Shown here one piece after another: positions 1 to 12,657 of a stretch of DNA of 64,000 bases (positions within the stretch are counted from its first letter, which is position 1; every line of letters starts with the position of its first letter). Under the pieces are notes generated by a model. That model saw only the letters and a program-made list of their open reading frames with translations, did not search any database and was not told the origin of the DNA. The position numbers were made by a program, and so were the translations under genes. Source of the stretch: Geosiphon pyriformis uo1 (lineage: Eukaryota; Fungi; Glomeromycota). The DNA is taken from positions 540,604 through 604,603 of the forward strand of contig JAAOMT010000226.1 in the NCBI GenBank assembly GCA_016748015.1, read 5' to 3'.

Positions 1-235
1 GGCAAATTTTCATTAATTTCGGCGAATTTTGACTATGTTAAAAGGTTCAGGGTATTGTGTAATTTGATCATCTTAATTTCTAGAGTACAAATCGGATTAT
101 TGATTGAGTAATGATATTTGATAATTTGATTAAATAATAAGTAATAATCGAATTAATAATAATGTATGCTAATTAATAATAGGAATTATAAGGATAATTT
201 CATGCTAATTAATAGCTAAAATTCTACTGGTAACA
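1..235 (-). repeat. LTR of Gypsy family E, 5' (U3) end; runs off the window
   Basis: Reverse complement of 1-235 (TGTTACCAGTAGAATTTTAGCTATTAATTAGCATGAAA...) matches the start of the solo LTR at 4273. It interrupts the 3' LTR of element C at 235/236. Confidence 0.9.
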
Positions 236-929
236 CCAGGCTATCATGAAGTCTATTCTCAGACAATTAATTTTACTATGTTGCCACTCCACCAAGAATA
301 AAGAAAAGAAAAGAAAGAAAGAAAGAAAAGAAAAGAATTAGTATCATCAATTGTCATGATCAAAAGCAACTGGTCTAAATTGTTAATAATTCAAGACAGT
401 TATATTAAGAACATCTGTCCTAAAACAAAAGTACAAAACAATAGTTAATTCATGTAAATTCTACAAAGTTTAAGAACATAAATTTGTGATTCTGATTTCT
501 TAATAATTAATTTATTTCAGAAGATAAATATGAAATAGAATAAATAATAGAAAGAGTAAGAATATTTAATTCTTGTCTAATGATTTGTATCTCTTTTGTC
601 ACTTTTTCTAACTTTTACAACTATTCGTTTTTTATTTATTCTTTTGGTTTTATAAGATTGCTTTTGATTGTTTTGTTATTGCTAATTATTGTTTTGTTAT
701 TTCTGTTATTGCTTTATTCTTTTATATTATTTTTAATTATTCTATGTTATAATGTATTATCTAGTGTTCTTACATATTATTCTGTGTTATCTCACATTGT
801 GCTGCATTATCCTGTATTATCCTAAATTATAATGCATTTATCTAATGTTATTGTGTACTATTCTGTATTATGTTATATTTTGGTCACATTTTTTTATAAC
901 TTTGGATCAGTTTTTCTACTTGGATAATA
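236..929 (-). repeat. 3' LTR of element C (partial, cut by the family-E LTR)
   Basis: Starts right after the PPT (TA, from TG, at 929). Contains the block AGACCAGTTGCTTTTGATCATGACAATTGATGATACTAA, homologous to the A/B LTR block AGAACAATAGCTCTTGATCATGGCTATTGACGGAATACTAA. Confidence 0.75.
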
Positions 930-946
930 TTATCTCTCTTTTTTTA
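930..946 (-). promoter_or_regulatory. Polypurine tract of element C
   Basis: Minus-strand AAAAAAAGAGAGATAA directly before the LTR start, same geometry as in A and B. Confidence 0.75.
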
Positions 947-1368
947 GAATTGAGCTCCTGTAAAATTGTATGTATCTGTTATTATAGCTTTATTTGTGTT
1001 GTGTTTGATGATTGTGTTGAATATAATTCTTTGTAGATTTTCGAATTGTTAATTGGTTATTTGTTCTATATTGTTAACTGTTATAGTTTTTATAGATCAA
1101 TACAACAATATATTTGAACAATATTAGAAAGCAGTGTATAATCAGTATATTGCTTTGTAATATAGGGTCAGATTGCTTTTCTCTATGAATTTTTTTACTT
1201 GTTGTATTGCTTTTTTGTTAAAAGTTTTCTGGCTGAGGTCTCTATATAGTGTCTTTAAATCTAGTTGTTTACTAATTTTGTAGAACCAATATGCTGAAGG
1301 AAGTTTTTCTTTCTATTTTTGGGTATTGTTTAGTGTTTATTCCCCTGTTTTGGAGAGATTGATCTCAT

Positions 1369-2190
1369 TGTTACTCATAAAAAGAAAACAGATATAGAAA
1401 AATAGTAGGCCAATAAGAAAGTAGTAGTTAACACATGAGCACATTGTTCAGCAATGTAGAGCAATATCAGAAATTACAACACATCACTCAACAATGTGGA
1501 GCAATGTCAAAAAAATATAGCACATTGCTAAGCAATATGAGCATTGCTTGAGAAATTATAGCACATTGTTCGAGAATATGAGCAATCTCATAAAACCAAA
1601 TTATGTATATATAGTGGTAGCATTAGAAGTAAAAAAGACAGACTTCTCAGTTTAGATTTTATCTAAGTGATCTTTTCATCCACAAATATCAATAAATAAT
1701 TATTTTTTATCTCAAATCCACTTCCATTATCAACACTTCATGTTGATAATAATTGATACTTAACCACATTGGAACAATAGCTCTTAATTATGGCTATTGA
1801 TGGGATACTAACTTGCAATTGCTTTTGTTTAAAATTCATTTATCTTCTTTTATTTTCTTTGTTTTACTAAAATTGATTAAGGATTAAGTGCTGAGATACA
1901 GACATCATAGGACTGGTAAAAGACCTGTGAAACAAGGGTAGAACACTCATAGATTTGGGAATAGCTTACCAGGAGAATTACTGGCCACCATGCTAAGAAA
2001 GAAATTCAACGGAATTGCGATTCTAGGAGGCTACTGAAAACAATTGTTAAATCTTTGTCTATTATACAAAGGACTCTACAACAAACCTTCAGATCAATAA
2101 AACCTTTAAATATCTATGCCAGAATATCACTTAAGCACCAAGTTATGGATTTGTTATTTGCTTTAAGACCCCAAATAATCATTTGTAGCA
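1369..2190 (+). repeat. 5' LTR of element A
   Basis: TGTTAC...GTAGCA termini; direct repeat of 11459-12281; TATA-like TATGTATATATAG near 1602; followed by the PBS. Confidence 0.95.
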
Positions 2191-2192
2191 TT

Positions 2193-2209
2193 TGGTGCTC
2201 CCTGTGAGG
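2193..2209 (+). promoter_or_regulatory. Primer binding site of element A
   Basis: TGGTGCTCCCTGTGAGG 2 nt after the LTR, complementary to a tRNA 3' end ...CCTCACAGGGAGCACCA. Confidence 0.85.
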
Positions 2210-2252
2210 TATAATTCTACAGAGAACCAGCACCAAAAATCCCATCCAAACA

Positions 2253-5200
2253 GTGGCAGAATCCAAAGAAATAGGAACAAACCACTTGAAATTTGCGAAA
2301 TCTTTATTTCAACACTATCATACTCATCTTGAATTAACAAATAATAATTGGCCAACAGAATCAGCTTTTAATTGCTACATCAATGAGAAAATTGTGTTCC
2401 ATTTAGAAGACCAAGAAGATTCAGAATCCACCTTCAACAACTTCTTCAGTGAATTGCTCCAAAGCACCACTCTTCCACAAAACTACCTATTTGCACTCCT
2501 AATTACAGAAATAAACAGAAAAATTAAAAAATACACCAAACAGAAATTTTCTATTACTTTTGCTGACAAAAGAAAAAGAAGGTTACAAACACCAGCAAGA
2601 ACACCAAAGCAAATCTAACTACCCACTTGGAAGAAACAAAGATTTGATTTACTTGCTAATCTATCATATTACTACACACCCAAAAGCATTATCAATATAA
2701 TAAGCACAGCTACAGCAAGCATAACAACATTACTAAACAAAATTTCATTCCAAAGTAAACAAAAGAAAGCAGAGTTATTAAGAACATATGGCAATTTTTT
2801 TGAGAGATTTAAATCATGATCTCCAACGTCATTAGGAATTTAATTACCACCACCACAACCAGATTTCAGAGCTGTTAATCCTTGGAAAATAATCAACTCC
2901 AAAGAAAAAGAGAGTAGCAATCAGAAAGTTAACAAGCAAAACCCAATCCTAGAAAATTCAGAAATTAAAACTCCAGTTAATCAAACTCCGAAAAATCAGA
3001 ACAATTAAAACTCCAATGTAATTAACCAATACTTATCTCCAGTAATTGTGATCAATTCACCACCAGCTCTATCAATCACTAAACAGCAACAACAGTCACA
3101 ATTGCTACTCCAACAACAAATCCAGCAGCAATCACAACAACACCCAATGGCTTATGTTCCAATCACTAAAATAGAGAAATTTACCAGCGAAGAAAATGAC
3201 ACCCAAGTATAGCTTAATAATGTGAAAAAAGCCATCGCAGCCAATGGGTAGAACAATAACAGAGCTCTTCAAGTGATTTCCTATTTTCTACAAGATACTA
3301 CCAACTTATGATATCAAAGTTTAGCCATTAAATCTCAAACATTTCAGGAATTTAAAACTGCATTCTTGGGATATTTCAGTAATAATAACAGCATTAATCA
3401 TTTGGCCAATGCTTTCACTACAATTAAACAGGGAGAAATTGAAGCAGTTACTACTTACCTGGAATGCTTCCACAGGAACTTGCACCAAATTCAAGCAATT
3501 TAGGCTGATTATTTTACAGCACCACAGATCCTAAACCAGTTTATCTGTGGACTGTGCAGTAGTCTTCTGCAATAACATCCAATGTACCCACAAACTCTCC
3601 AAAATGCAGTCACCAATGTGAGAAATTTTGAATCAGTAGAACTTGAAGCAAACCATGCCCAAGCCATTAACCTAGTTATGAATGAATCATCTGACTTGAA
3701 CTCCAAATTGAAACAACTCAGTAAATCAATTAATTAGAAATTGGAAAGATATTTAGCTAACAATCACACAATTTATCAACCATCACAATAGTGCAATAAT
3801 CCAGAAAACACAAATTGCCCACAAAATCAGTTGCATCTATCATCATCATCCAATCAGCCATGGCAACAAGAGATGCATATTTGCCACTACTGTGGTAAAC
3901 AAGAACATTTGAAAATCAATTGTCAATTAAGAATAGAAAATCAACGATTGAAAAATCAATATCAAAACCCCGATTGTAGGTTTTCAACTCCAAGTTATCA
4001 ATTAAATACAGAAATATATCAACCAAATTACATACCTATGACACAGCCACAAATTTATCAACCACCAATTTATCAGCCAACAGCACCTGTTATTTATCAT
4101 CCGCAGCTCCAACCCATTTATTAGCCACAGCCTCAGGTAATCTATTAGCCCCAACAAATTCAAACACCACCACAGAACTTACCTTAAAATGGAACTTAAA
4201 GGCCAAGACTGACACAGCAAAGCTGGAGATCATTAATGGTGGTCCATCAACCAATCTCCAGTTTCATAGCACTGTTACCAGTAGAATTTTAGCTATTAAT
4301 TAGCATGAAATTTCCTTTATAATTCCTATCATTAATTAGCATATATTATTATCGTTTCGAATTTCACTTATTATTTAATCAAATTAGCAATTATCATCAT
4401 TTAATCAATAACCCGTTTTGGACCATAGAAATTGAGATGATCAATTTACACAATACCCTGAACCATATAACATAGCCAAAATTCGCCGAAATTAATGAAA
4501 ATTGGCCGAAATAATTCATAGTTCAGCGAAATAACTTGTAGTTCGCCGAAATGTATCTTTAGTTCACCGAAATTCTAGAAAAAAGAAAAAGTGCAAGTTC
4601 AAAGACTAGTACTACAACAAGTTGTATAAAAGAAGAGCTTCTCTCTTCAAGAAAATGTATCTTCTCATATCTTACCATAGTATCTTACTTTAGGTATCTT
4701 AATTAGAACAAATCACTTTTTACATATCTCAAATAAAAATTAAATATTCGAAAACCAAATCCTTTGATTATTACACTTGAAATTCTCTCAAACACAACTA
4801 ACATTTTGAAATTGATTAGCTACCAATTTCAGTAATCTGTTAGTGACTCCAGGCCTGGATAGAAAATGTTTCCTTGACAAAATTCTATTTCTTTACGTTT
4901 CTTTTATTTTTCTCTTTCTTTTCTTATCATAATCATTTGGGTAGCCTACAGACGAGATTCCTGTAGAAGAGTTGACTTTCACAGCAAAGTAACTACACAT
5001 TTTTAGTGAGCTTCCAGACGAGCAATTCCTGGGAAAGAGTTGACGTTTACTACAACGTAACTACATAAAGTAACTGGCACGGAATTGGCCATTCCACTTA
5101 TAAGCCCAGCGGTTCAAATTATAGGAGATAATTTGAAGATAAATTCAGTTATCGAAGATTCAACTACTTCCTCTAGTCGTGAATAAAACAGCAAAACAAC

Positions 5201-8200
5201 ACCACAACCTTCAAGAAAAGAGACCAAAAACCTCCGGTAACAGCACAATCATCAGGATTTTAACAATGGAATTCAGGCACTGGGAACCCCCAAAACCAGA
5301 ATGCTCAACATTATTTAAGTCTCCTAGTTATCTCAAAAGACACCTCACCCAATAATTGGAAATCTAACCAACACAAACCACTTATCAGCAATATACCTCC
5401 AGCCACTATAACCAACAATAAATTGCTAGATGCCATTTTTTCATTTGAATTCGAAGAAACCACACCAGTTTTATTATTCAGTAGAGCCATTCTTGACACC
5501 AAACCAATCATCACCATGTACACTGACGCAAAGATTGATAGTCATGTCATTAAACTGATACTAGACAGCAGATCAGCTGGCAGCATCATTACAAAACAAC
5601 TCATGGACCAATTAAGTCACCAAATTGATCATGCTGCCAGTGCCAAGATTATAACTGCTGATGAAGCAACCAAAACTCCCATTGGTAAGATTTATGACTT
5701 CCCCATTGAAGTCAATGGCATAATTGTACTTATCAAGGTACTAGTCATGAAAGCCACTCAATACCAAGTACTCATTGGTAATAATTGGCTGTTCAAGGTC
5801 AATGCAACACTTGATTAGAGCACGCAAGAGCTTCAACTTAACCAGAACAGACAACACACATGTGTACCAGCCACATGTGGCCACTTCAAGCCGACCAATA
5901 CACCAGCACCACTTATCGAATTCGAGGAAAAAGAGAAGAAATCTACTTGAAAAGCCTACCAAGTTTCTTGGGTGGACACAGAACACAATAAGCTGCTGCC
6001 AGTACTTTTGTGGAACGACAACAACAAAGAAAAGCAGAAAGAAAAACTTACCTGGAACACCAACTAAAACTGGGAAACCAACCACAATTCAAAAGAACTG
6101 ACAATTTGAGAATGGGATAAAAGAGAGAAAGGGAAAGAAAAAGTAAAGGAAGTAAAGCCAATACCAACTGCTATTTACACCCATTATCCATATACACTAA
6201 CATAACAATTGAGCTATTGTCAACCAAAGCTAATATGCATTGATTGCGGCAAGAAATTGTTATCAATAGGTATGTGCTGTGGTGATGATAAGGAATACCA
6301 AATGGTGACCAGATTCTACTGCCATGCGTGTATCATAAAATGCTTTGAATGACCAAAATGACAAGGAAAATGGGACAATAAATCTTGTCTAACTTGTGGG
6401 AAAACCTTACTCAATGAAGGAATGTGGAATAACATTTCTGGACAAGGAAGGATGTGCAATGCTTCATGCCAATACACAATCCTCATCAGCAACTGGGTTA
6501 AGAAAGGGACACCAATAGAAGCTGCCTGGAGAAGAGCTGTACAGCAATTAGACAGTTGTCTACACAATAACAACAAGTTGTGAAGAATGGCAATAGCCAA
6601 AATAAAAGAAGCGTCACCTGAAGAAATCAGAAAAATCAAAAACAACTTATCAGAACCCATAGAACTTGACTGGGACCCAGAACCAGTCATAAATCTTCTA
6701 GATCCAAAACAATTCCATGAACACTACCAGGAACTAGCACTCACAAGAGAAGAGCAAGAGCAATACTTGGAGCAGTTGAATACTTGATTATATTAACATT
6801 GCTTAATTCTTTGTGACTTTCAATATTGTAATGAGTGTGACCTCATTTACAATCCACTACCATGCATGATTTACACAATCCCAGAAGAAAACAAACCAAT
6901 GAGCAGCTGCACATCAAAATTGGAATCAAATTTTAATTCCAATTCAAACTCTGATAATGATGACAACGAAAATAATGGTTCTAGCTCTATTCAAAATGGC
7001 AACAAAAATATCAACAATGCAGACTTCAATTCAAACCCCAAAATATACATTGCACTTCCTGATCTCTCCAAGGAGCAGGAACTCAAATAGTATAGTGACA
7101 ATAATGAAGATATTATGCCAGAACGTATGCATAATATCGATGCAGGGTTTGATTTGAGATATCTAGGGAAAGATGCCATAACATTGGAACCACATTCACA
7201 CACCTGAATTGATTTTAAAATAGCACTGGAAATTTTAGCAACAACAATAGTTCAGTTAGCATCTAAGAATAGCCTAGCAAAAAAGAGAATCAACATCAGA
7301 AAAGGAATAATTAATGCAGAATACATAGAAAATATTATTGTGATGCTATAAAATGACTCAAAAAAAACATATATTATAGATCCAAATAAAAAAATAGCAC
7401 AGGTAATATTCCTACCTCTGGTAAAAGTAGCTTAATTAGTCTCAGTAGAAAACAGAGAAGAACTAGGGATCACAGCTAGAGGGATACAGAGATTCGGATT
7501 AATGGGTAGAATAGATGTACCAGTTAATATAGCAGAGAAAAAAGTTATTGACAAAAGAGAAATTATCTCAATCTGTTAATTAATTTCCATTTTATCATAT
7601 GATCAGTATATGTTAACCATAAAAAGAGAAGTAAAGAATCAAGCTCAGTTGTTTGAAGCAGAAACCACCATTTGTGAATCAGGAGAGATTGGACTTACTA
7701 ATCTCTACATATCAGCCAAAAGCCCCAAAAACATCAAAATTCCCATCTACAACACAATAGGAAATGTTATTGAAATACCAAAGAGAACCATCATTGGATA
7801 TTTAACCACTGAAGTAGAAAATCAACTACCAAACCATATTCCAAATTTTTCACAGCTTTGTAAATATGTGGACATTACATCACAAACCATCTACAGATGA
7901 AGCAAATGTTATCTGTTCCAACCAGAACAATTGGAACAGATAAACATAGGGAATCTAGACCCACTCCAACAAATGCAACTAAAGATATTACTCAGCAATT
8001 TCAATAACATCTTTGTTAGTGAAAATGAATTTGGCTGCACCAACATAATTCAGCACCAAATCAAGACTAAAGATTCAATGCCAATAAAACAAAGAGCATA
8101 TAGAGTACCACCAGCTAGCCATAAGATCATTTGTTAGAAAATCAATTAGATGCTTGACAATGAACTAATTCAGTCATCAATAAGTCCATGGTCATCACCA

Positions 8201-9340
8201 GTAGTACTAATCCAAAAAAAAAATGAAAAGATCCGTTTTTGTGTAGACTATTAAAAATTGAATAGAGTAATTAAAAGTAATAGTTATTCAACTCCAAAGA
8301 TCCAAGAACTATTCAATACTTTTGAAGGAAATAAATGGTTCTCAACACTGGATTTAGATAGTGGTTACTGACAAGTAGCCATGAACCCAACTAACAAAAA
8401 GAAAACAGCATTTACCACAAAAGAAGAAAATTTTGAGTTTGAAATCATGCCATTTGGCTTAATGAATGTTCCAACAACATTCCAACGGCTCATGGAAATT
8501 GTCTATACTGGATTACTATGAAAATCAGTAGTCATATACTTGAATAATACCAATGTGTTCTCAAAAACATTTGATGATCATCTGCATCATCTACAACAAG
8601 TGTTCAAAAGATTAAGAAGAACCAGATTAAAGCTAAATGCCATTAAATGATTTTTTGGAAAAACTGAACTCAAATTTTTGGGACATGTTGTGAGCAAAGA
8701 TAGTATTAAAACAGATCCAAATAAGATAAAGACTATTAAAAACTTTTCAGTACCAAATAATCTTACAGAATTAAGAGCATTCTTGGAATTTGTTAGATAC
8801 TACTACTACTTTATCAAAGACTTTTCCAAAATAGCTCAACCATTGCACTAGCTTCAAACAAAGAATACCAAGTATGAATGGACAGAAACCCAGCAAGAAG
8901 CTTTTGATATCTTAAGAAGAAAGCTTATTCAAGCTTCAGTACTGATCTATTCAGATCATAGCAAGCCATTCATTATTACTACTGATGCATCAGATCAAGC
9001 ATTGGGAGCAGTACTATCACAGAAAAAACCAGATGGAAGAGAACATCTAGTAGCTTACACCAGTAGAAGCTTAAGTTCAGCTGAAAAAAACTATGGAACA
9101 CCAGCATTAAAACACTTAGCAATCTATTGGGCAGTTATGAAATAGAAAAAATACTTAAGCCAAAAGTTTGAAATATACACGAATCACAAAGGATTGACTT
9201 CAATCCAGAAGCAAAAATTCGGAGACAACTACTATGTCAGATAGAAAATAGAACTTTTACCATTCAATTATATAGTACATTATAAAAAAGGAAAAAACAA
9301 TGGAAATGCCAACAGTTTGTTGTGAATAAAACAAATCTAA
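2253..9340 (+). pseudogene. gag-PR-Cys-rich-dUTPase-RT-RNaseH polyprotein of element A (one frame once the 974-bp solo LTR plus TSD is removed)
   Basis: Capsid-like MAYVPITKIEKF (3147), CHYCGKQEHLKINC knuckle, LILDS protease, AGFDL/GII(D)A/IAQ/RG..FG dUTPase motifs (7115-7510), PIKQRAYRVP and WSSPVVL RT motifs, TDASD RNase H. Ends ...IKQI-TAA at 9338-9340. Confidence 0.9.
4273..5242 (+). mobile_element. Solo LTR of family E inserted in gag of element A
   Basis: TGTTACC...GGTAACA termini, 970 bp, perfect TSD GCAC (4269-4272 and 5243-5246). Removing it restores colinearity with element B. Confidence 0.95.
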
Positions 9341-9373
9341 AAAAACCACTTCAACCCAAAAATATAACAAAAG

Positions 9374-10756
9374 ATGAATATACAAAAATACCAACAACTT
9401 CAACATTATATAAATACCTAATTGTTCAAGGAGAAATTATCTCAAAAGAAACAAAACAACATAAAACAACAATTAAAATATTTTATCAATCATCAAAATA
9501 TACTGTATTAGAAAAACAGAAGAAATCTAGACCAGCCAACAAGAGTAATTACAGAACCAGAGAAAGAGACAATATTATTTAATATGCACTCAAATCTAAT
9601 AGCAGGACATTTTCATAAAAAAGCAATCATGGAAAGAACTAAAAGAAGATATTATTGACCATCAATGTATCCAAACATCATTCAATATATTCAAAATTGT
9701 GATGCATGTTAGAGAAGAGGAGAAACAAAACCCAATAAACCATTGAGACCAATCAAAGTAGGACAACCATTCGATCAAATTGGAATTGACTTAATTAGAC
9801 CATTAACAATTACCAATAGAGACAATAAATATATTGCAGTAGTCATAGACTATCTCACTAAATGGCCAGAAGCAAAAGCCATTCAAAGAGCAAATGCAGA
9901 ATTTGTTGCCGAATTTGTTCATCTAGATCTGATCTGTTAACATGGATGTCCAAAAGAATTATTATTAGATCAAAGAATTCACTTTGTAAACAGAACATTA
10001 GCAGAATTAAGCCAAAGATTTGGAATAAAAAGACCACTATTATCACCATACCATCCACAAACAAATGGGTTAGTTGAAAGATTCAACAGAACACTATGTG
10101 AAGCAATAACAAAAATTAGCCAAGAAAACCAGAACAAATGAGATTCGTTTATATCATCAGTATTATTTGCTTATTAGACAATAAAGCAAGATACCACACA
10201 AGCAACACCATTTGAATTAGTATACAGTAAAACAGCAACATTACCAGTTAAGATAGAGGTCAATACATATCTAACTGAACCAATAACAGAAAATAATTTT
10301 CAAGAAACATTGTTGAGAAGAACATATAACTTAATGAAAACACTAGAAAACAGACAACAAAAAGCAGCTGATAACATTCAAAAGTTACAAGAAAAGCAAA
10401 AAGAAAGACACAATAACCAATTACCAGATAAACCAGTTGAATTCAAGATTGGAGACAAAGTACTTTTACATCATACCAAAGCAGAAAAACAATGGAGTGG
10501 AAAATTCAACCCCAAATGGGACAGACCATTTTACATAGAAGAAATTCTAAAAAATAGAGCTTATAAATTAAGATGAGACAACAAAATCTTAGCCAAAGCA
10601 GCACATGGTGATCGACTGAAATCATATTACCATATAGTATTACCATCCACCAGTAATATTCCACAATTAGAAGTACAAAGAATACTAGTTCAATCAGATG
10701 AGATTTCATAAGATCTGGAATCAATTATAGTTATTGAACCAAACATGTCAAATTAA
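9374..10756 (+). pseudogene. Integrase ORF of element A (own ATG)
   Basis: MNIQKYQQLQHY start; HHCC (H..GHF..CDAC), IGIDL, TKWPEA, PYHPQTNGLVERFNRTL, GPY/F-like KWDRPF. No chromodomain seen. Confidence 0.9.
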
Positions 10757-10809
10757 ACAACCAAAAGTATATAAAAACACAGTACACATGACAAAAGCAA
10801 CCAAGAAAA

Positions 10810-11445
10810 ATAAAAATACCAGATCATATTTACACTATAGCTCAACAATTGTTCCAGGCCTTAAGTCAACAACAGTCAGACATGGAAATTGTTATTAACA
10901 ACCAGATAATTTGTTATCAAAACACCCAAAAAAAAATGAAAAATATACCATATCAGTAGCCACCAAAGAATGATAAAAACTGGACAGATAACTTAATAGA
11001 AAAAGTGAAAAACAATTTTGAGAAAATACCTATTATGGCACCAACAGAAAAGCTTACAAAAGAAAATTGGAAGCAATGGACAAAACAACTTTTAATATCA
11101 TATTGCTACTACCAGTTAGGTCAAAAGTTGAATATTTAGGAGTTGTATATTGACAAATCCAAGAAAATATTCAACTAAGACATAATACAGCAAATTAAAA
11201 AATTTATCGGAAAGAAAATGAACTTAACATTACATGTTAAAACAATGTACCAATTACACAACATATTTCGGAACTATCCAGAAATACTATTACACTCTAA
11301 CATGGAAACCATAACTATTAACCAATGAGAAAGAATGAACAATATACTGGTAAAAGATGTGAAAAACAGAGTCGAACAAACAATACTTGAAAAAAAAGTA
11401 CTAGAATTAATTCAAAATGAAAATTTCAATGGAGCTCAATATTAA
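10810..11445 (+). pseudogene. ORF3 of element A (unknown function, about 210 aa)
   Basis: (M>I)KIPDHIYTIAQQLFQAL..MEIVINNQII..YCYYQLGQKLNI..MYQLHNIFRNYPEILLH..GAQY*, homologous to ORF3 of B and C; stop abuts the PPT. Confidence 0.75.
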
Positions 11446-11458
11446 AAGGAGGAGATAA
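11444..11458 (+). promoter_or_regulatory. Polypurine tract of element A
   Basis: AAAAGGAGGAGATAA directly before the 3' LTR. Confidence 0.85.
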
Positions 11459-12281
11459 TATTACTTATAAAAAGAAAACAGATATAGAAAAATAGTAGGT
11501 CAATAAGATAGTAGTAGTTAACACATGAGCACATTGCTTAGCAATGTGAAGCAATGTTAGAAATCACAACATATTGCTCAGCAATATGGAGTAATGTCAA
11601 GAAAATATAGCACATTGCTAAGCAATGTGAGCATTACTTGAGAAAATATAGCATATTGTTCAAGAATGTGAGCAATCTCATAGAACCCAAATTATGTATA
11701 TATAATAGTAGCATTAGAAATAGAAAAGACAGACCTCTTAGTTTAGATTTTATTTAAGCAACCTTCTCATCCACAAATATCAATAAATAATTATTTTCTA
11801 TCTCAAATCTACTTCCATTATCAACACTTTATGTTAATAGTAATTGATACTTAACTACACTGGAACAATAGCTCTTGATTATGGCTATTGATGGGATACT
11901 AACTTGCAATTGCTTTTGTTTAAAATTTGTTTATTTTCTTTTATTTTTTTTGTTTTACTAAAATTAATTAAGAATTAAGCACTGAGATACAGATGTCATA
12001 GGACTGGTAAAAAACCCATGAAACAAGGGTAGAACACTCATAGATTTGAGAATAGCTTACCAGAAGGATTACCAGCTACCACACTGAGAAAAAAATTTGA
12101 CAGAATTGCAATTTTGAGAGGCTATTGAAAACAATTATTAAATCTCTGTTCATTATACAAAAGACTCTACAACAAACCTTCAGATCAATAAAACCTTCAG
12201 ATATCTACGCCAGAGTACCACTCAAGCACCAAGTTACGGATTTGTTATTTGCTTTAAAACCCCAAATAATCATCTATAACA
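11459..12281 (+). repeat. 3' LTR of element A
   Basis: Direct repeat of 1369-2190; terminal TG mutated to TA; ends ATAACA. Confidence 0.95.
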
Positions 12282-12657
12282 CCATAAACTAAAGCTTTTT
12301 TGATTTTTTCAAGCTCGAGAATCAAGTATCTTTTTTTATAAACTTCTTTTTTTTCCTGTTTCATCCAAGAGAAATCTTTTTTCCAATTTTTCTTCTTAGG
12401 CATTGGGTAAAAATAGGACTGTTTAATTCTAATTAAACTCTTACTCTCCCCTTTTCTGCTTTTATCTTATATTGTATCTTTTTTCTATCAATTGTTACTT
12501 CTATTTGAGCAAAAAATTGTTGAATTGTGTTAAATAGTTATTTTAAAAGTTGTAAAATTTGATTTGATAGGTCCATGTTAAAAGTTTTATTATTTCTTGC
12601 TGTTTTTCAGATGTTATATATATTTTGAATTTCTTAATTTAATTTGCTGTATGTTGT

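Larger units (their letters stand above)
1369..12281 (+). mobile_element. Full-length decayed Ty3/Gypsy LTR retrotransposon A
   Basis: Two LTRs of about 822 bp (1369-2190 and 11459-12281), PBS, PPT, 4-bp TSD TCAT/CCAT (one transition). Gag capsid and CCHC knuckle, PR (LILDS), dUTPase, RT, RNase H and IN, all with in-frame stops. Confidence 0.95.
944..12576 (-). pseudogene. ORF3 of element C, split by insertion of element A (segments 12282-12576 and 944-1368)
   Basis: MDLSNQILQLLK*LFNTIQQ...IEVTIDRKKIQYK and YKAIY*LYTAF..NILLY*SIKTITVNNIEQITN*QFENLQ...GAQF* align by eye with ORF3 of A and B. Confidence 0.75.

Noticed and set aside
580-1036. Hydrophobic ORFs 580-825 and 845-1036 that look like membrane proteins
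   Set aside because: They are T-rich antisense readings of element C's 3' LTR and ORF3, a compositional artefact.
1336-1350. AGGGGAATAA (minus strand) as the PPT of element C
   Set aside because: Not followed by an LTR start, and ORF3 homology continues to 944; the true PPT is at 930-946.
10560-10756. Chromodomain at the integrase C-terminus
   Set aside because: The tail after the GPY/F-like motif is short and S/P/Q-rich, with no chromodomain aromatic pattern.
10810-11445. ORF3 as an envelope gene
   Set aside because: No signal peptide or transmembrane segment, and it is short for Env.
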